64,000 nucleotides of DNA, taken from Candidatus Brocadiia bacterium. Lineage in GTDB: Bacteria > Planctomycetota > Brocadiia > CAIUPP01. The stretch is taken from contig JBEKCB010000002.1 in assembly GCA_050015075.1 (NCBI GenBank), forward strand, positions 96,001-160,000. Direction: 5' to 3'. The notes below the pieces were generated by a model. That model saw only the letters and a list, made by a program, of their open reading frames with translations, was not told the origin of the DNA and searched no databases. Position numbers and translations under genes: made by a program. Positions 33,585 through 43,234 of the stretch are shown here, in pieces. The stretch's first letter is position 1, and each line of letters begins with the position of its first letter.

Positions 33585-34028
33585 ATGAAACGGTACGGAA
33601 TCGCAGTGGCCCTGGCGGCCTGTCTTGTGTCGAGTTGGACCTGCGGCGCGTCGGAACCCAGTCAGCCGCCCGCGCCGTTGTGTCCTCCAACTGCGAGTGA
33701 GGTTATAAGCGGCACGCCTGCATCGGAAACGGCGCCGTTCGATCCGGCTTTCAGTGCTTCCCAGGACCGCGCCATCTGCCGCGAGTTGAACGCGATATCG
33801 GCCGCGACTCATCCATTTGAGAATCGCTTGTCGCCGCCGGAAAACTACAGTATCCCGGTGGACAGGGGCGCATCGCCGGCTATCGGCGTGCCGATAGGCC
33901 TCGGCAAGAATTGGACAGTGCGGCCGTGGATCAACTTTGCGTTGTCCACAGATGGCAGTCAGAACGGCGACACGGTCAAGTCGCTGGGTAAGGCAATGTA
34001 CGGAATGTCCCTGAGCTGGTCCTTCTGA
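33585..34028 (+). CDS. Secreted hypothetical protein, C-terminal beta-strand ending in Phe
   Basis: Signal-like MKRYGIAVALAACL; ends YGMSLSWSF. Confidence 0.55.
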   Translation: MKRYGIAVALAACLVSSWTCGASEPSQPPAPLCPPTASEVISGTPASETAPFDPAFSASQDRAICRELNAISAATHPFENRLSPPENYSIPVDRGASPAIGVPIGLGKNWTVRPWINFALSTDGSQNGDTVKSLGKAMYGMSLSWSF

Positions 34029-34058
34029 CCGGGGCTCGCGTTCTCTAATCCCCAAGTA

Positions 34059-34194
34059 TAGCAGCCCGTCCAAAAAGTGTGGCCGCTCGTAGTGTGCCCG
34101 TCAGGGCATACCAAGTAGCGCCTGACGGCGCCACTACAAGCGAGCCACTAGCCAAGGCGTGGCGTGTGCGCCACACTTTTTCTACAGACTGATA
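34059..34194. mobile_element. MITE-like element with 25-bp imperfect terminal inverted repeats enclosing a REP doublet
   Basis: TAGCAGCCCGTCCAAAAAGTGTGGC ... GCCACACTTTTTCTACAGACTGATA (20/25 complementary), TA at both ends. Confidence 0.6.
34089..34137 (-). repeat. GTAG-type REP doublet, copy 2 of 5
   Basis: GTAGTGTGCCCGTCAGGGCA..GCGCCTGACGGCGCCACTAC. Confidence 0.88.
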
Positions 34195-34238
34195 GAGGAT
34201 GCGAACTTTGAAATGAGGATGCTTCCGGCCTCAGATAA

Positions 34239-35498
34239 TCATGCCCTTTTTCCCAGGATCGCTCCGGCTTCGAAATAGGCCGCCTGGGGGAACATGTCGA
34301 ACAGGGCCAGGCGGCGGAGGTCGTAGGTCCGGCCGACTTGCAGGCGGGCGAGGTCGCGGGCCAGCGTGGCGGGGTTGCACGAGAGCAGGATGATCGTCTG
34401 CGGGGCCAGGCGCACTAGGGCATCGAGCGTCTCCGCCTGGCAGCCCGTCCTCGGCGGGTCGAGAAGGACCGCTGCCCTGTTCAGGTCCGGCGCCGATTTC
34501 AGCGCGGGTTCCAGGTAGTCCTCCACGGCGCCTCCGACGAACTTGCACCTTTGAAGCCCGCCTTCGCCCATTCGGCTTCGCTCAGGGCTTCGGCGGGCAA
34601 GCGCGCCTTCGCGCGCGTTCTCTTCGGCGCAGCGGACTGAGGCGGGATCGCTCTCGATCCCGATCACCTCTCCGGCGGTGAATTCCGCCAGGCACAGCGC
34701 GAAGACGCCGCAGCCGCAGTAACCATCCACGAGCGTTTCCACGGCCAGGCCGCGATAGGCATCGCGCAGCCAGCCCGCGAGACGGTCCAGCACCGGCGCG
34801 TTGACCTGGAAGAATCCGCCGGCCGGAACGCGCAGCGGCCGGTCGAGCACTTTTTCGGTGAGGAGCGTCTCCGGCGGAATGCGGAAGGCCAGCACCTCGC
34901 CCGACGACGAACGCCGCAGGACGAGTTTGTCGGTTTCCGGCCCGCGCGAGGGCCATCGCGCCGCCTCGCCGGAGGCGCGCAGCGCGGCGAGTTTCGCGTT
35001 CAGCTCCGGCCGCGCGATCGGGCAACTCTCGATCGGCAGAATGGAGCGGTTATCCCGCCGCGTGTATCCCCAGGCCGATCCCGGCGCGCCGGACGGGACG
35101 GGCTTCAGGGAGATCTTGTTGCGATAGCCGTAGGCCTCCGGCGCGGGCCGCGCCTCGTCCAGGGGCGGCAACTGGAGGATGCCGCCGATGCGCTCGAGCA
35201 GGCCGCGGAGTTGCGCGGACTTGAGGCGGACCTGCTCGTCGGCGGCCAGGTGCTGATAGCAGCATCCGCCGCAGTCGCCATAGTACGGACAGCGCGGCTC
35301 GGCGCGGTTCGGGCCGGGTTCGAGCACCTCGGCGATGGTCCCGCGCGCGAAACGGCGATGCCGCGTCGCCAACCGCACGAGCAGCCGGTCGCCGACCGCC
35401 GAGAAGGGCACGAAGACGGCGCGCCCGTCGGCCAGCCGGCCGACGCCGTCGCCGCCGTATGCCACGTCGTGAATCTCGACTTCCACCGGATGGTCCAT
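34239..35498 (-). CDS. TRAM-domain RNA m5U methyltransferase (RlmD/TrmA family)
   Basis: GGDGVGR..FVPF, CPYYGDCGGC Fe-S motif, YGYRNK, FFQVN, DGYCGCG, LDPPRTG, SCNPATLARD, DMFPQ. Confidence 0.9.
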   Translation of the reverse strand: MDHPVEVEIHDVAYGGDGVGRLADGRAVFVPFSAVGDRLLVRLATRHRRFARGTIAEVLEPGPNRAEPRCPYYGDCGGCCYQHLAADEQVRLKSAQLRGLLERIGGILQLPPLDEARPAPEAYGYRNKISLKPVPSGAPGSAWGYTRRDNRSILPIESCPIARPELNAKLAALRASGEAARWPSRGPETDKLVLRRSSSGEVLAFRIPPETLLTEKVLDRPLRVPAGGFFQVNAPVLDRLAGWLRDAYRGLAVETLVDGYCGCGVFALCLAEFTAGEVIGIESDPASVRCAEENAREGALARRSPERSRMGEGGLQRCKFVGGAVEDYLEPALKSAPDLNRAAVLLDPPRTGCQAETLDALVRLAPQTIILLSCNPATLARDLARLQVGRTYDLRRLALFDMFPQAAYFEAGAILGKRA

Positions 35499-35644
35499 GC
35501 CGCTATCCTATCGCGGCCGGGCGGCGCTGTCACGCGCTCCCGGCATTTTCATGCGCGGAGCGGTTGACTTTTGCGCAGGACGTGATACTCTTATCTCAGC
35601 GAACCGGCGCGCGGCCAGGGCGCTCCGGAAAGAGGAAGTTTGCC

Positions 35645-36529
35645 GTGTTGTTCATTCCATACCGCGTGGATGTTCCGATCCGCCGATTGCCCATCGCGAA
35701 TTTCGTACTCCTTGCGCTCCTGCTCGGATGCTACCTGGTCGAACGTGGCCAAATTCGGGACAACATTGACAGCCTCGTGCCGTTCGTGCTGGCGAAGGGG
35801 AACCCGCTCGGCCTGATCGGCTACATCTTTATCCACGGCGGCGTCCTGCACTTGGCCGGGAACATGCTGTTCCTGTGGGTTTTCGGCAACGCGGTGTGCG
35901 TGAAAGTGGGGAACTGGGCGTACGCGTTCATCTTTCTGGCGCTCGGCGCGGTGGCGGGGATCGCGCATCTTTCGCTGAACGGCGGCCCGGCGATCGGCGC
36001 GAGCGGGGCGATCAACGGCATCGTGGGCATGTTCCTGGTGTGGTTCCCGACGAACCACATCAGCCTCTTCTACGTCTGGTTCATCCGCATGGGCACCTTC
36101 CGGATCCGGAGCTACTGGCTGATTCTGCTCTGGCTGGTGTTCGACGTTCTCGGCGCGCTTCTCGGGTGGAGCGGCGTGGCCTACTGGGCGCACGTGGGCG
36201 GATTCGCGGCGGGGTTCGGGCTGGCGGTTCTCCTGATCGAGCTGGGCTGGATCCGGATGGCGTCGGACGAAACATCGCTGCTGCAAGCGCTCGGGCCGCG
36301 CAGGGACCCCGATGACGAACTCGGGCCGGTGACGCCGAGGCTGGCGCCGGCGGCGGTTGCGCCTCCGACCGGGTCCTGGGCGCTGTCGCTGGCGCCGCCG
36401 GCGGAATACTTCGTGTCGTTCCCCTGCGCGTGCGGCGTGGAGCTTCGCGCGCCGCGCAAGCGCGCGGGGCAGGCTTTCACTTGCTCCAGGTGCTCGGCGC
36501 AGATGAAGGTTCCGCGGGAGGAAGATTAG
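35645..36529 (+). CDS. Rhomboid intramembrane serine protease with C-terminal zinc-ribbon
   Basis: FIHGGVLHLAGNMLFLWVFG, IGASGAI, AYWAHVGGF; C-terminal CAC..CSRC. Confidence 0.88.
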   Translation: MLFIPYRVDVPIRRLPIANFVLLALLLGCYLVERGQIRDNIDSLVPFVLAKGNPLGLIGYIFIHGGVLHLAGNMLFLWVFGNAVCVKVGNWAYAFIFLALGAVAGIAHLSLNGGPAIGASGAINGIVGMFLVWFPTNHISLFYVWFIRMGTFRIRSYWLILLWLVFDVLGALLGWSGVAYWAHVGGFAAGFGLAVLLIELGWIRMASDETSLLQALGPRRDPDDELGPVTPRLAPAAVAPPTGSWALSLAPPAEYFVSFPCACGVELRAPRKRAGQAFTCSRCSAQMKVPREED

Positions 36530-36623
36530 GTGATTGGGTGATTGGGACATTAGGTGATTAGGAGATTGGGAAAAGCGCGACGCCCAATGTCCTAATCTCC
36601 CAATTTCCCAATCTCCCAATCAC
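36524..36623. repeat. 8-bp-period palindromic repeat between convergent genes (likely bidirectional terminator)
   Basis: (GGWGATTR)n arm facing (CCCAATCT)n arm. Confidence 0.8.
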
Positions 36624-38506
36624 TTGCTTTCCGGCAGATCGAAGGGCGACACCCAGTCGCCGAGGCGCTCCTGCGTCTCCAGCAGGCGGCGGCGCTGCTC
36701 ATGGAGGATATCCATCAGCGCCGGCGGCGTCTCGAGCACCTCGGTGTGGTAGAACTTCTCGACGCGTTCGAGCTTCGACAGGTTCTCCTTCACGCGCAGG
36801 CTGAACTGGCGGACGTAGTCCTCCTTCGCGTACTCCTTGCCGAGGACCTGGCGGAAGAGGCGCTGGAGGTCGGCGAACTGCGGGATCAGCCCGGTGGCGG
36901 TGCGGACCGCGCCGGCCTCGCCATGCACGCGCAGCTCCATCCACTTGACCCAGACGGCCTTGTCGCGGACGGCGTTGACGAACTTGCCGGCCTGGTCGCG
37001 CAGGAAGTAGTTCACGCCGAAGACCAGCGGCGGCTTCTTCAGGCGGCGGCCGAATTCCAGGTTGTTCGCGATGTATTTGCCCAGCGGGATGGCGACGAAG
37101 TCCTGGATGCTCATGATATTGATTTCCGGAACGCCTTCCTTGCCGACGGTGGCGAAGGTGGTCTCGGTCTCGAGCCAGGCGCCGTAGGCGCAGATGCCGT
37201 GCGCCCAGTCGAAGCCCTGCTGCACCGGCATGTAGGCGCGCGCGTCGCGGCCGCCGTACATGATGGCATGGACGACCACGCCGGAGGGATTGTCGAGCTG
37301 CGGGTCGGCATTCTCCAGGGCGTGGAGCGAGATGGCGTAGCGCGCGTTCTTGTGGGCCGGCGGGATCGGGCTGCCCTGGGCGTCGGTCTTGCCGGCGTGC
37401 CAGGCGCCGGTGAAATTCTCGCCCGCCTTGGGCAGCTCGCAGCCCATGCCGAGCCAGTACGGCCGGCCGTCGGCGACGAGGACGTTGGAGAAGACGACTT
37501 CGCCCGGGTTGGTCAGCGCGCGATAGATCGCCGGATCGTCCACCGGGTTCACATTCTGAACGATGCCGAAGATGCCGCGCTCGGCGTTGACGGCGCGCGC
37601 CTCGGCGTTGATGTTGCGCAGGTACGCGATGTCGTCGCCGAGGATCGTCTCGCCCTGGAGCATGGCGGTGGAAGTTTTCCCGCAGGCGCTCGGGAAGGCG
37701 CCGCTGATGTACGTCTTGCGCCCGTTCGGGCCGTGGACGCCCATCAGGAACATGTGCTCGGCCAGCCAGCCTTCGCGGTCGGCCTTGCGGATGGTCAGGC
37801 GCAGCGCCAGCTTCTTCAGGCCGATCGAGTTGCCGGCGTACTGCGTGTTGACGGTGTAGATCATATCGGTCGTGTAATCAATGTAAATCCGCTTGTGGTC
37901 CGCGTCCACGCTGACTTTCCGCTCGTCCATCGGCCCGGAGGAGTGCAGGATGCAGAAGAACTCGCCCTCGCCGTGCGTCCGCAGGAACTGATCGTAGGCG
38001 GGCCGGTAGAGCAGGTCCTCGCTGTGCGCCACGTAGAAGGAGTCGGTGAACTGCGCGCACGGTATGCTGAAGACCGACCCGGTCGGCCCCAGCGACAGCA
38101 GGCGGACGATCATCGTCCGCCCCTTCATGCTGCCCTTGAGGAGCCCGCGGATTTCGGCGAGGCCTTCCTCGCGGCCGATCTGCTTGAGCGCCTTGCCGAG
38201 GAAGCCGGACTTCGGGACGAGGTACTTGGTCACTTCGCGGTCGCGGCCCTGGTCGCTGGGGCCGTCGAAGTGGACGGTGTGGCCGGGGATTTTCAGCGGC
38301 TTCTCTTCGCCGATGGCGAGGGCCTGTTCGCGGATGAAGCGGACCTCCTCCTCGGAATCGGCGCAGACGAAGACCGACTCCGGCTCGCAGAGCGTGATGG
38401 CGTCGGCGAGCAACTCGTTCAGCTTCGAGTTCTGCAGGCGCACCAGCTTGCCGTAGTTGTCGTCGCGCAGCTTGCTCTGGAGAATCGAGCGTACCGTCCG
38501 TTTCAT
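36620..38506 (-). CDS. pckG: Phosphoenolpyruvate carboxykinase (GTP)
   Basis: YAGNSIGLKKLALR, GWLAEHM, GAFPSACGKTSTAM, LGDDIA, HKNARY, YGGR, FGVNYF. Confidence 0.93.
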   Translation of the reverse strand: MKRTVRSILQSKLRDDNYGKLVRLQNSKLNELLADAITLCEPESVFVCADSEEEVRFIREQALAIGEEKPLKIPGHTVHFDGPSDQGRDREVTKYLVPKSGFLGKALKQIGREEGLAEIRGLLKGSMKGRTMIVRLLSLGPTGSVFSIPCAQFTDSFYVAHSEDLLYRPAYDQFLRTHGEGEFFCILHSSGPMDERKVSVDADHKRIYIDYTTDMIYTVNTQYAGNSIGLKKLALRLTIRKADREGWLAEHMFLMGVHGPNGRKTYISGAFPSACGKTSTAMLQGETILGDDIAYLRNINAEARAVNAERGIFGIVQNVNPVDDPAIYRALTNPGEVVFSNVLVADGRPYWLGMGCELPKAGENFTGAWHAGKTDAQGSPIPPAHKNARYAISLHALENADPQLDNPSGVVVHAIMYGGRDARAYMPVQQGFDWAHGICAYGAWLETETTFATVGKEGVPEINIMSIQDFVAIPLGKYIANNLEFGRRLKKPPLVFGVNYFLRDQAGKFVNAVRDKAVWVKWMELRVHGEAGAVRTATGLIPQFADLQRLFRQVLGKEYAKEDYVRQFSLRVKENLSKLERVEKFYHTEVLETPPALMDILHEQRRRLLETQERLGDWVSPFDLPESK

Positions 38507-38751
38507 CGTCCTCGCCTTTCGTCGCGCGCTGTCCGCGCCGGCGGTGCGGAAAAAGTGTAGAGTTTCCCCGCCCGTTGCCGTTGCAATGTGCTGGAAATTA
38601 CGGAAGCCGGTTTGAACGCAGGAGTTTACGTTTTTCCGGGCGGCATGTCAATATCTTTCGCGCCGAAATCCGCTGCTTGCCCTGCGCGCGCAAATCCCTT
38701 ATCATGGTCCGCCGGCGGCCGAACCAGCGTTCTTCAGCCGGGAGCGACGAA

Positions 38752-40056
38752 ATGGCTTATCCGAAAATGCCGGATTTCCATCGGTGGGCCGACGCCATCG
38801 CGCGCTATGCGGAACTCCAGCACGAACACGGCGCCCGCGGTGTTGCGCCGGTCCTCGCCGAGGCGGAAGCGGGACTGAAGGCGTCGCTCGCAAAACTCAA
38901 GCGACTCCGGCCGGACCCGGCGCTCGCGCGGCGCGAGCCGAACGACCTGCAGCTCATCCGCCGCCTCCGCCCGTCCGGCCCGCGCAGGCTGCGGTGCCGG
39001 CTCGACCGGGAAACCTATCGCGAGAAACTCCAGGGCGCGCTGCTGGCTCGCATGGCCGGCTGCACGCTCGGCGCGCCGGTCGAGGGCTGGCCCGTCGCGA
39101 AGATGGAGGACCTGGCCAGGGAAAACGGCGAGCCGTTCCCGCCGGTGGATTACTGGACGCGCGTCCCGGCGCCCTTCGAGAAGCGATACGCGATGAGCCC
39201 GCGCGAGGCGTACACGCGCCGAAAGATGAACGGCGTTCCGGTGGATGACGATATCGCGTACACGCTGCTCGGGCTGCTGATCGTCGAGGATTTCGGGCCG
39301 GACTTCACCATCGCCGACGTCGGCCGGGCGTGGCTGAAGTACCTGCCGTACGCCTGCACCGCGGAGGAAGCGGCGCTGGCGAATCTCCGGAACGGAATCG
39401 CGGCCGAGCGCGCAGCGGAGAAGCAGAACCCGTTCTGCGAATGGATCGGCGCCGACATCCGCGCCGATCCCTGGGGCTACCTGGCGCCGGGCTGGCCGGA
39501 GAAAGCCGCCGAGATGGCCTGGCGCGACGCGTACCTCAGCCATCGCCGAAACGGCATCTACGGCGAGATGTTCTTCGCCGCCGCGATTTCGGCGGCCTTC
39601 AGCGCGGACCATCCGGTCGAGGCGCTGGAGATCGGCCTGACGGAGATCCCGCGCCGCTGCGCCCTCGCGCGCGAGGTCCGCTGGGCGCTGAAGAAGGCGC
39701 CTGTCATCCGCGATTACCGCCAGGCGCGCGAGGCGGTGGACCGGCGGTACAAGGGAATGCATCCCGTGCACACCATCAACAACGCCGTGCTGACGATCTG
39801 GGGCCTTTCCATCGGCGGCGCCGACGTGACGCGGGTGATCGGGGAGACCGTCGCGATGGGGTATGACAACGACTGCACCGCCGCGACCGCCGGCAGCATC
39901 GTCGGCGCGGTCGCCGGCCGCAAAGGCGTGCCGGGCCATTGGCATCGAAATTACCGCAACACCGTTCTTTCGTACCTCAACGGCAAGCCGAAGTTCCGAA
40001 TCAGCGACCTGGTGGCCCGGTTCACGCGGCAGGCCGAACGCGTCGCGGCAAGCTGA
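38752..40056 (+). CDS. ADP-ribosylglycohydrolase family protein
   Basis: GCTLGAPVEG, VDDDIAYT, WIGADIRAD.WG..APG, SHRRNGIYG, GYDNDCTAATAGS. Confidence 0.88.
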   Translation: MAYPKMPDFHRWADAIARYAELQHEHGARGVAPVLAEAEAGLKASLAKLKRLRPDPALARREPNDLQLIRRLRPSGPRRLRCRLDRETYREKLQGALLARMAGCTLGAPVEGWPVAKMEDLARENGEPFPPVDYWTRVPAPFEKRYAMSPREAYTRRKMNGVPVDDDIAYTLLGLLIVEDFGPDFTIADVGRAWLKYLPYACTAEEAALANLRNGIAAERAAEKQNPFCEWIGADIRADPWGYLAPGWPEKAAEMAWRDAYLSHRRNGIYGEMFFAAAISAAFSADHPVEALEIGLTEIPRRCALAREVRWALKKAPVIRDYRQAREAVDRRYKGMHPVHTINNAVLTIWGLSIGGADVTRVIGETVAMGYDNDCTAATAGSIVGAVAGRKGVPGHWHRNYRNTVLSYLNGKPKFRISDLVARFTRQAERVAAS

Positions 40057-40071
40057 CAGGAAGGCAAGGGA

Positions 40072-40482
40072 GTGGCAAGGTTCAAACCGCTGTTCGTCGC
40101 CGCCGGCGTCCTGCTGCTCATCGCGGTCGGCCTCGGCGCCTATGACGTGGTGGGAGAATCCATCATCGAGGCGCGGGCGGAGGTCACCCGCACGAACCTG
40201 AGTTCGATCGGGCGAAAAATCGCCGAGTTCCGCGCGACCCAGGGCCGTTTTCCGCGGGGCGCCGAAGAGCTGGCACTGCAGCCGGATATGCTCGTGGACA
40301 CTCTGTCAGGCCGGAATTTCGTCTGGGCGCAGGCGCCGCCGGACGGAACGCGGCGCGTGCCCGTGGTCTGGCAGCCGGCGCCTTACCGCACCGGTCCCTG
40401 GCCCTTCGGCGAGATGGCGCAGATCACGCTGTTCAGCGACAACGTGATCGGCGACCGCCAGCCTGAGAACGCGGCGCGATAG
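40072..40482 (+). CDS. Hypothetical protein with N-terminal TM helix (pseudopilin-like)
   Basis: Hydrophobic N-terminus then ARAEVTRTNLSSIG..I..F....G.FP. Confidence 0.55.
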   Translation: MARFKPLFVAAGVLLLIAVGLGAYDVVGESIIEARAEVTRTNLSSIGRKIAEFRATQGRFPRGAEELALQPDMLVDTLSGRNFVWAQAPPDGTRRVPVVWQPAPYRTGPWPFGEMAQITLFSDNVIGDRQPENAAR

Positions 40483-40537
40483 CGTGGAAGCGAATATCCA
40501 TCGCGGTGGGAACGGCTGAACTTGCAAGGCGGGCGAG

Positions 40538-41287
40538 ATGAACTGCATCGTGGTGATGCCGACGTACAACGAGCGGCCGAATATCGAGGCGATCGTCCCC
40601 GCGGTGCTCGCGAACGGACCGGACTGGCGCGTGCTGATCGTGGATGACGGCTCGCCGGACGGCACGGGCGAAGCGGCGGACGCGCTGGCGGCTGATGACC
40701 CGCGCGTGAACGTGCTGCACCGCGCCGGCAAGCTCGGGCTGGGCACGGCGTATCGCGACGGGCTCAGCCGAGCCCTGGCGCTGGGGTGCGACTACGCCTG
40801 CACCATGGACAGCGATTTCTCGCACGACCCGAAGGCGCTGCCGAAACTGCGCGAACTCGCCCAGGCGCGCGGCGCGGCGCACGGCTCGCGCTATGTCCCC
40901 GGCGGCGCCACCGTCGGCTGGAGCTTCGGCCGCAGGGTCAACAGCGCCTGCGCGAATTTCCTCACGCGGCTCTTCCTGGGCGTCAAGCTGCGCGACTGCA
41001 CCAGCGGGTTCCGATGCTATCGCCGAGACGTCCTCGAAAAGTTGCAGCCGGCCACGCTGACGGCGCGGGGATACGCCGTGCTCGAGGAACTGCTCCTGCG
41101 CTGCCGCATCCTGGGCGTGACGCCCGCGGAGCACCCGATCATTTTCTCGGAGCGCCGGGCGGGCCGGTCGAAGATCAACATCGGCGAATCGTTCAGCGCG
41201 CTGCGGATGCTCATGAAGCTCCGCCTGCAGGGCTGGCGGCCGGCGGAGGCGGCAACCGGCGGTTCAAACCCCGGCAAAGCTCCTTGA
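40538..41287 (+). CDS. Polyprenol monophosphomannose synthase-like GT2
   Basis: MPTYNERPNI, VDDGSPDGTG, KLGLGTAY, MDSDFSHDP, DCTSGFRCY. Confidence 0.92.
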   Translation: MNCIVVMPTYNERPNIEAIVPAVLANGPDWRVLIVDDGSPDGTGEAADALAADDPRVNVLHRAGKLGLGTAYRDGLSRALALGCDYACTMDSDFSHDPKALPKLRELAQARGAAHGSRYVPGGATVGWSFGRRVNSACANFLTRLFLGVKLRDCTSGFRCYRRDVLEKLQPATLTARGYAVLEELLLRCRILGVTPAEHPIIFSERRAGRSKINIGESFSALRMLMKLRLQGWRPAEAATGGSNPGKAP

Positions 41288-42554
41288 GCCGGTCCACTTC
41301 GCGCTCGCCCAGGAGCGCCACCGGGAACGCCGACTTGTTGTGGCAGAGCGGCTCGTCCATGTCCACCCACCGGCGGCACAGCTCGCCGTCCGGCGTTCCG
41401 GGAATCGGCGAGAAGTCCGCCAGCATCAGCCGCACGCCCAGGCCGTGCGCGAACCGCATCGAGCCTTCCAGTTCCTGCGTGTCCGCCCGCGGATGACCGA
41501 GGATCAGGTACGCGGTGATCTCGCTCGGCTCGGCGCCCGCTTCGCGCAAATGCTCCACGGCGCGGGCGAGGTCATCGGGCGCGACCTTGCCGGCCGAATT
41601 CCCATCCGTCCCGCGCTGCCATGCATCGGACAGGCTCTCGAACCCCAGGTAGAACGTCCGAACGCCCGCGCGCACCATCAGGCGGGCGATGTCGCGCGTG
41701 AGCAGCCGCGCGTGCAGCGCGTTGGGCGTGTGGAAATTCATCGTGATTTTCTGCGAGGCGATCCGATCGAGGAACGGTAGCAGCGCGGCCTCCGGCCGAT
41801 AGAGCAGCGCGTCGTCATAAAACGCCACGTCCCGCGCGCCCAGCCGGCGCAGCAGGTCCATCTCCGCCAGGGCGACCTCGAGCGGCCTGGGCGCGAACTG
41901 CAGAGAGAGCCGCGACGCCGCGCAGTACGTGCAGCGGAACGGGCAGCCGTCGCTCAGCTTCAGGACGCCCGTCTCAAGATGCTCGTACGCCTCCCAGAAC
42001 GCGGGCGCATTCAGGTCCAGCGCAAGGCCGAGCGCGCGCCACAGCGGCTCCAGTTCCGCGCCGGCGACGACGAGGTCCGTGCCGAGGTTTCGCGCGTGCT
42101 GCGGGCAGAGCGTGGCGTAGACGCCGCCGAGGACGATGCGCGTCGCCGGAGAAATCCGCCGAAGGTCCTCGATGACCTCCGCGACGCCCGGATACCAGTA
42201 CGTCATGCCGGTCTGGACGAGCGCGGCGTCGAACGGCGGCTGCCCGGCGAGGAACTCGCGGAAGCGCTCGCGCCCGGCGAATCCGAACCGGTGGTAGCGG
42301 CGCGGGAGCGCGCCGAAGGCGGCGGGCTTCGCGGCCGGCGCCCGGCGGATGCGGCGGCGTCCCCAGCGGTCCGGCGAATCCTCCGCGTCGCGCGGCGCCG
42401 GCGCGCACAGCGGGTCGAGGTAATCGAACAGCCGCAGCTCCGCCTGCCCGCGCAGATAGCCGGCCACCCGCAGCAGCCCATACGGCCGCAGCCAGAAGTC
42501 ATGGGCGGCGAAATCGTAGATCGGCGGGTTGACCAGCAGAATACGCGGTTCCAT
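41211..42554 (-). CDS. B12-binding-domain radical SAM protein
   Basis: LLVNPPIYDF..W..PYGLL, MTYWYPG, LGGVYATL, GCPFRCTYCA, FYDDAL, LGFES. Confidence 0.88.
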   Translation of the reverse strand: MEPRILLVNPPIYDFAAHDFWLRPYGLLRVAGYLRGQAELRLFDYLDPLCAPAPRDAEDSPDRWGRRRIRRAPAAKPAAFGALPRRYHRFGFAGRERFREFLAGQPPFDAALVQTGMTYWYPGVAEVIEDLRRISPATRIVLGGVYATLCPQHARNLGTDLVVAGAELEPLWRALGLALDLNAPAFWEAYEHLETGVLKLSDGCPFRCTYCAASRLSLQFAPRPLEVALAEMDLLRRLGARDVAFYDDALLYRPEAALLPFLDRIASQKITMNFHTPNALHARLLTRDIARLMVRAGVRTFYLGFESLSDAWQRGTDGNSAGKVAPDDLARAVEHLREAGAEPSEITAYLILGHPRADTQELEGSMRFAHGLGVRLMLADFSPIPGTPDGELCRRWVDMDEPLCHNKSAFPVALLGEREVDRLKELCRGLNRRLPPPPAASPAGGAS

Positions 42555-42701
42555 CCGACTTCTCTCTCCCATCGCGCCGGAATGATTCTATTGATCCGCC
42601 GGAAAAAAGTCTCTCATTTCGAGCCAGTGCAGGGGCTTGACTTGCGGGCCAAGCCTATGTACGATACCTGCAACGATACGGTTCTGATCGGAGGAGCCCA
42701 T

Positions 42702-43232
42702 ATGCGCTCACGCACAAGGCGATGGTCGCTGGTCGCTCTCATGCTTGTCCTGGCGTGCGGCTCCGCGTCGTACGCCGCGCTGACCGAGAAGAATTGCCTC
42801 GACGGCATCAATGACATGGTCGCGGTCCTGCGCTATTACCACCGGTTCGCGACGGATGCGCAGTATAACCTGGACCTCTGCCGCGCGGCCAAAGCGCTGA
42901 CGCAGAAACAGCTCACCGTGGAAAAGGCCCTGCTCGACGAAGCGAAGCGCAAGGGACAGACGGAACAGGCCGCTTACTTTCAGAGCCGCGTGACCCGGCT
43001 GGAGCACCAACTGGGGCGCCTGGCCGAGTTCAAGTATGAAGAGACGTACGGCAAGCGCATGAGCGATTCGCATGCGGCCATCACGAAGCTCGAAGTGAAC
43101 CTCGTCGCGCACGTCCAGGAATACGAATCGCTCTTCGGCAAGAAGGCCCACGCGCAGACTTCGTTCGATGAGGAAATGGCCAAGTACCGTCCGCACCGCG
43201 AGAACATGGCCTACTACCTCGTCCTCGACTGA
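42702..43232 (+). CDS. Secreted helical hypothetical protein
   Basis: RBS GGAGGAG, signal peptide MRSRTRRWSLVALMLVLACGSASYA; coiled-coil character. Confidence 0.7.
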   Translation: MRSRTRRWSLVALMLVLACGSASYAALTEKNCLDGINDMVAVLRYYHRFATDAQYNLDLCRAAKALTQKQLTVEKALLDEAKRKGQTEQAAYFQSRVTRLEHQLGRLAEFKYEETYGKRMSDSHAAITKLEVNLVAHVQEYESLFGKKAHAQTSFDEEMAKYRPHRENMAYYLVLD

Positions 43233-43234
43233 AA

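Noticed and set aside
41211-41287. 77-bp convergent overlap of the GT2 and radical SAM genes
   Set aside because: It involves only low-complexity tails; this is common in GC-rich genomes.
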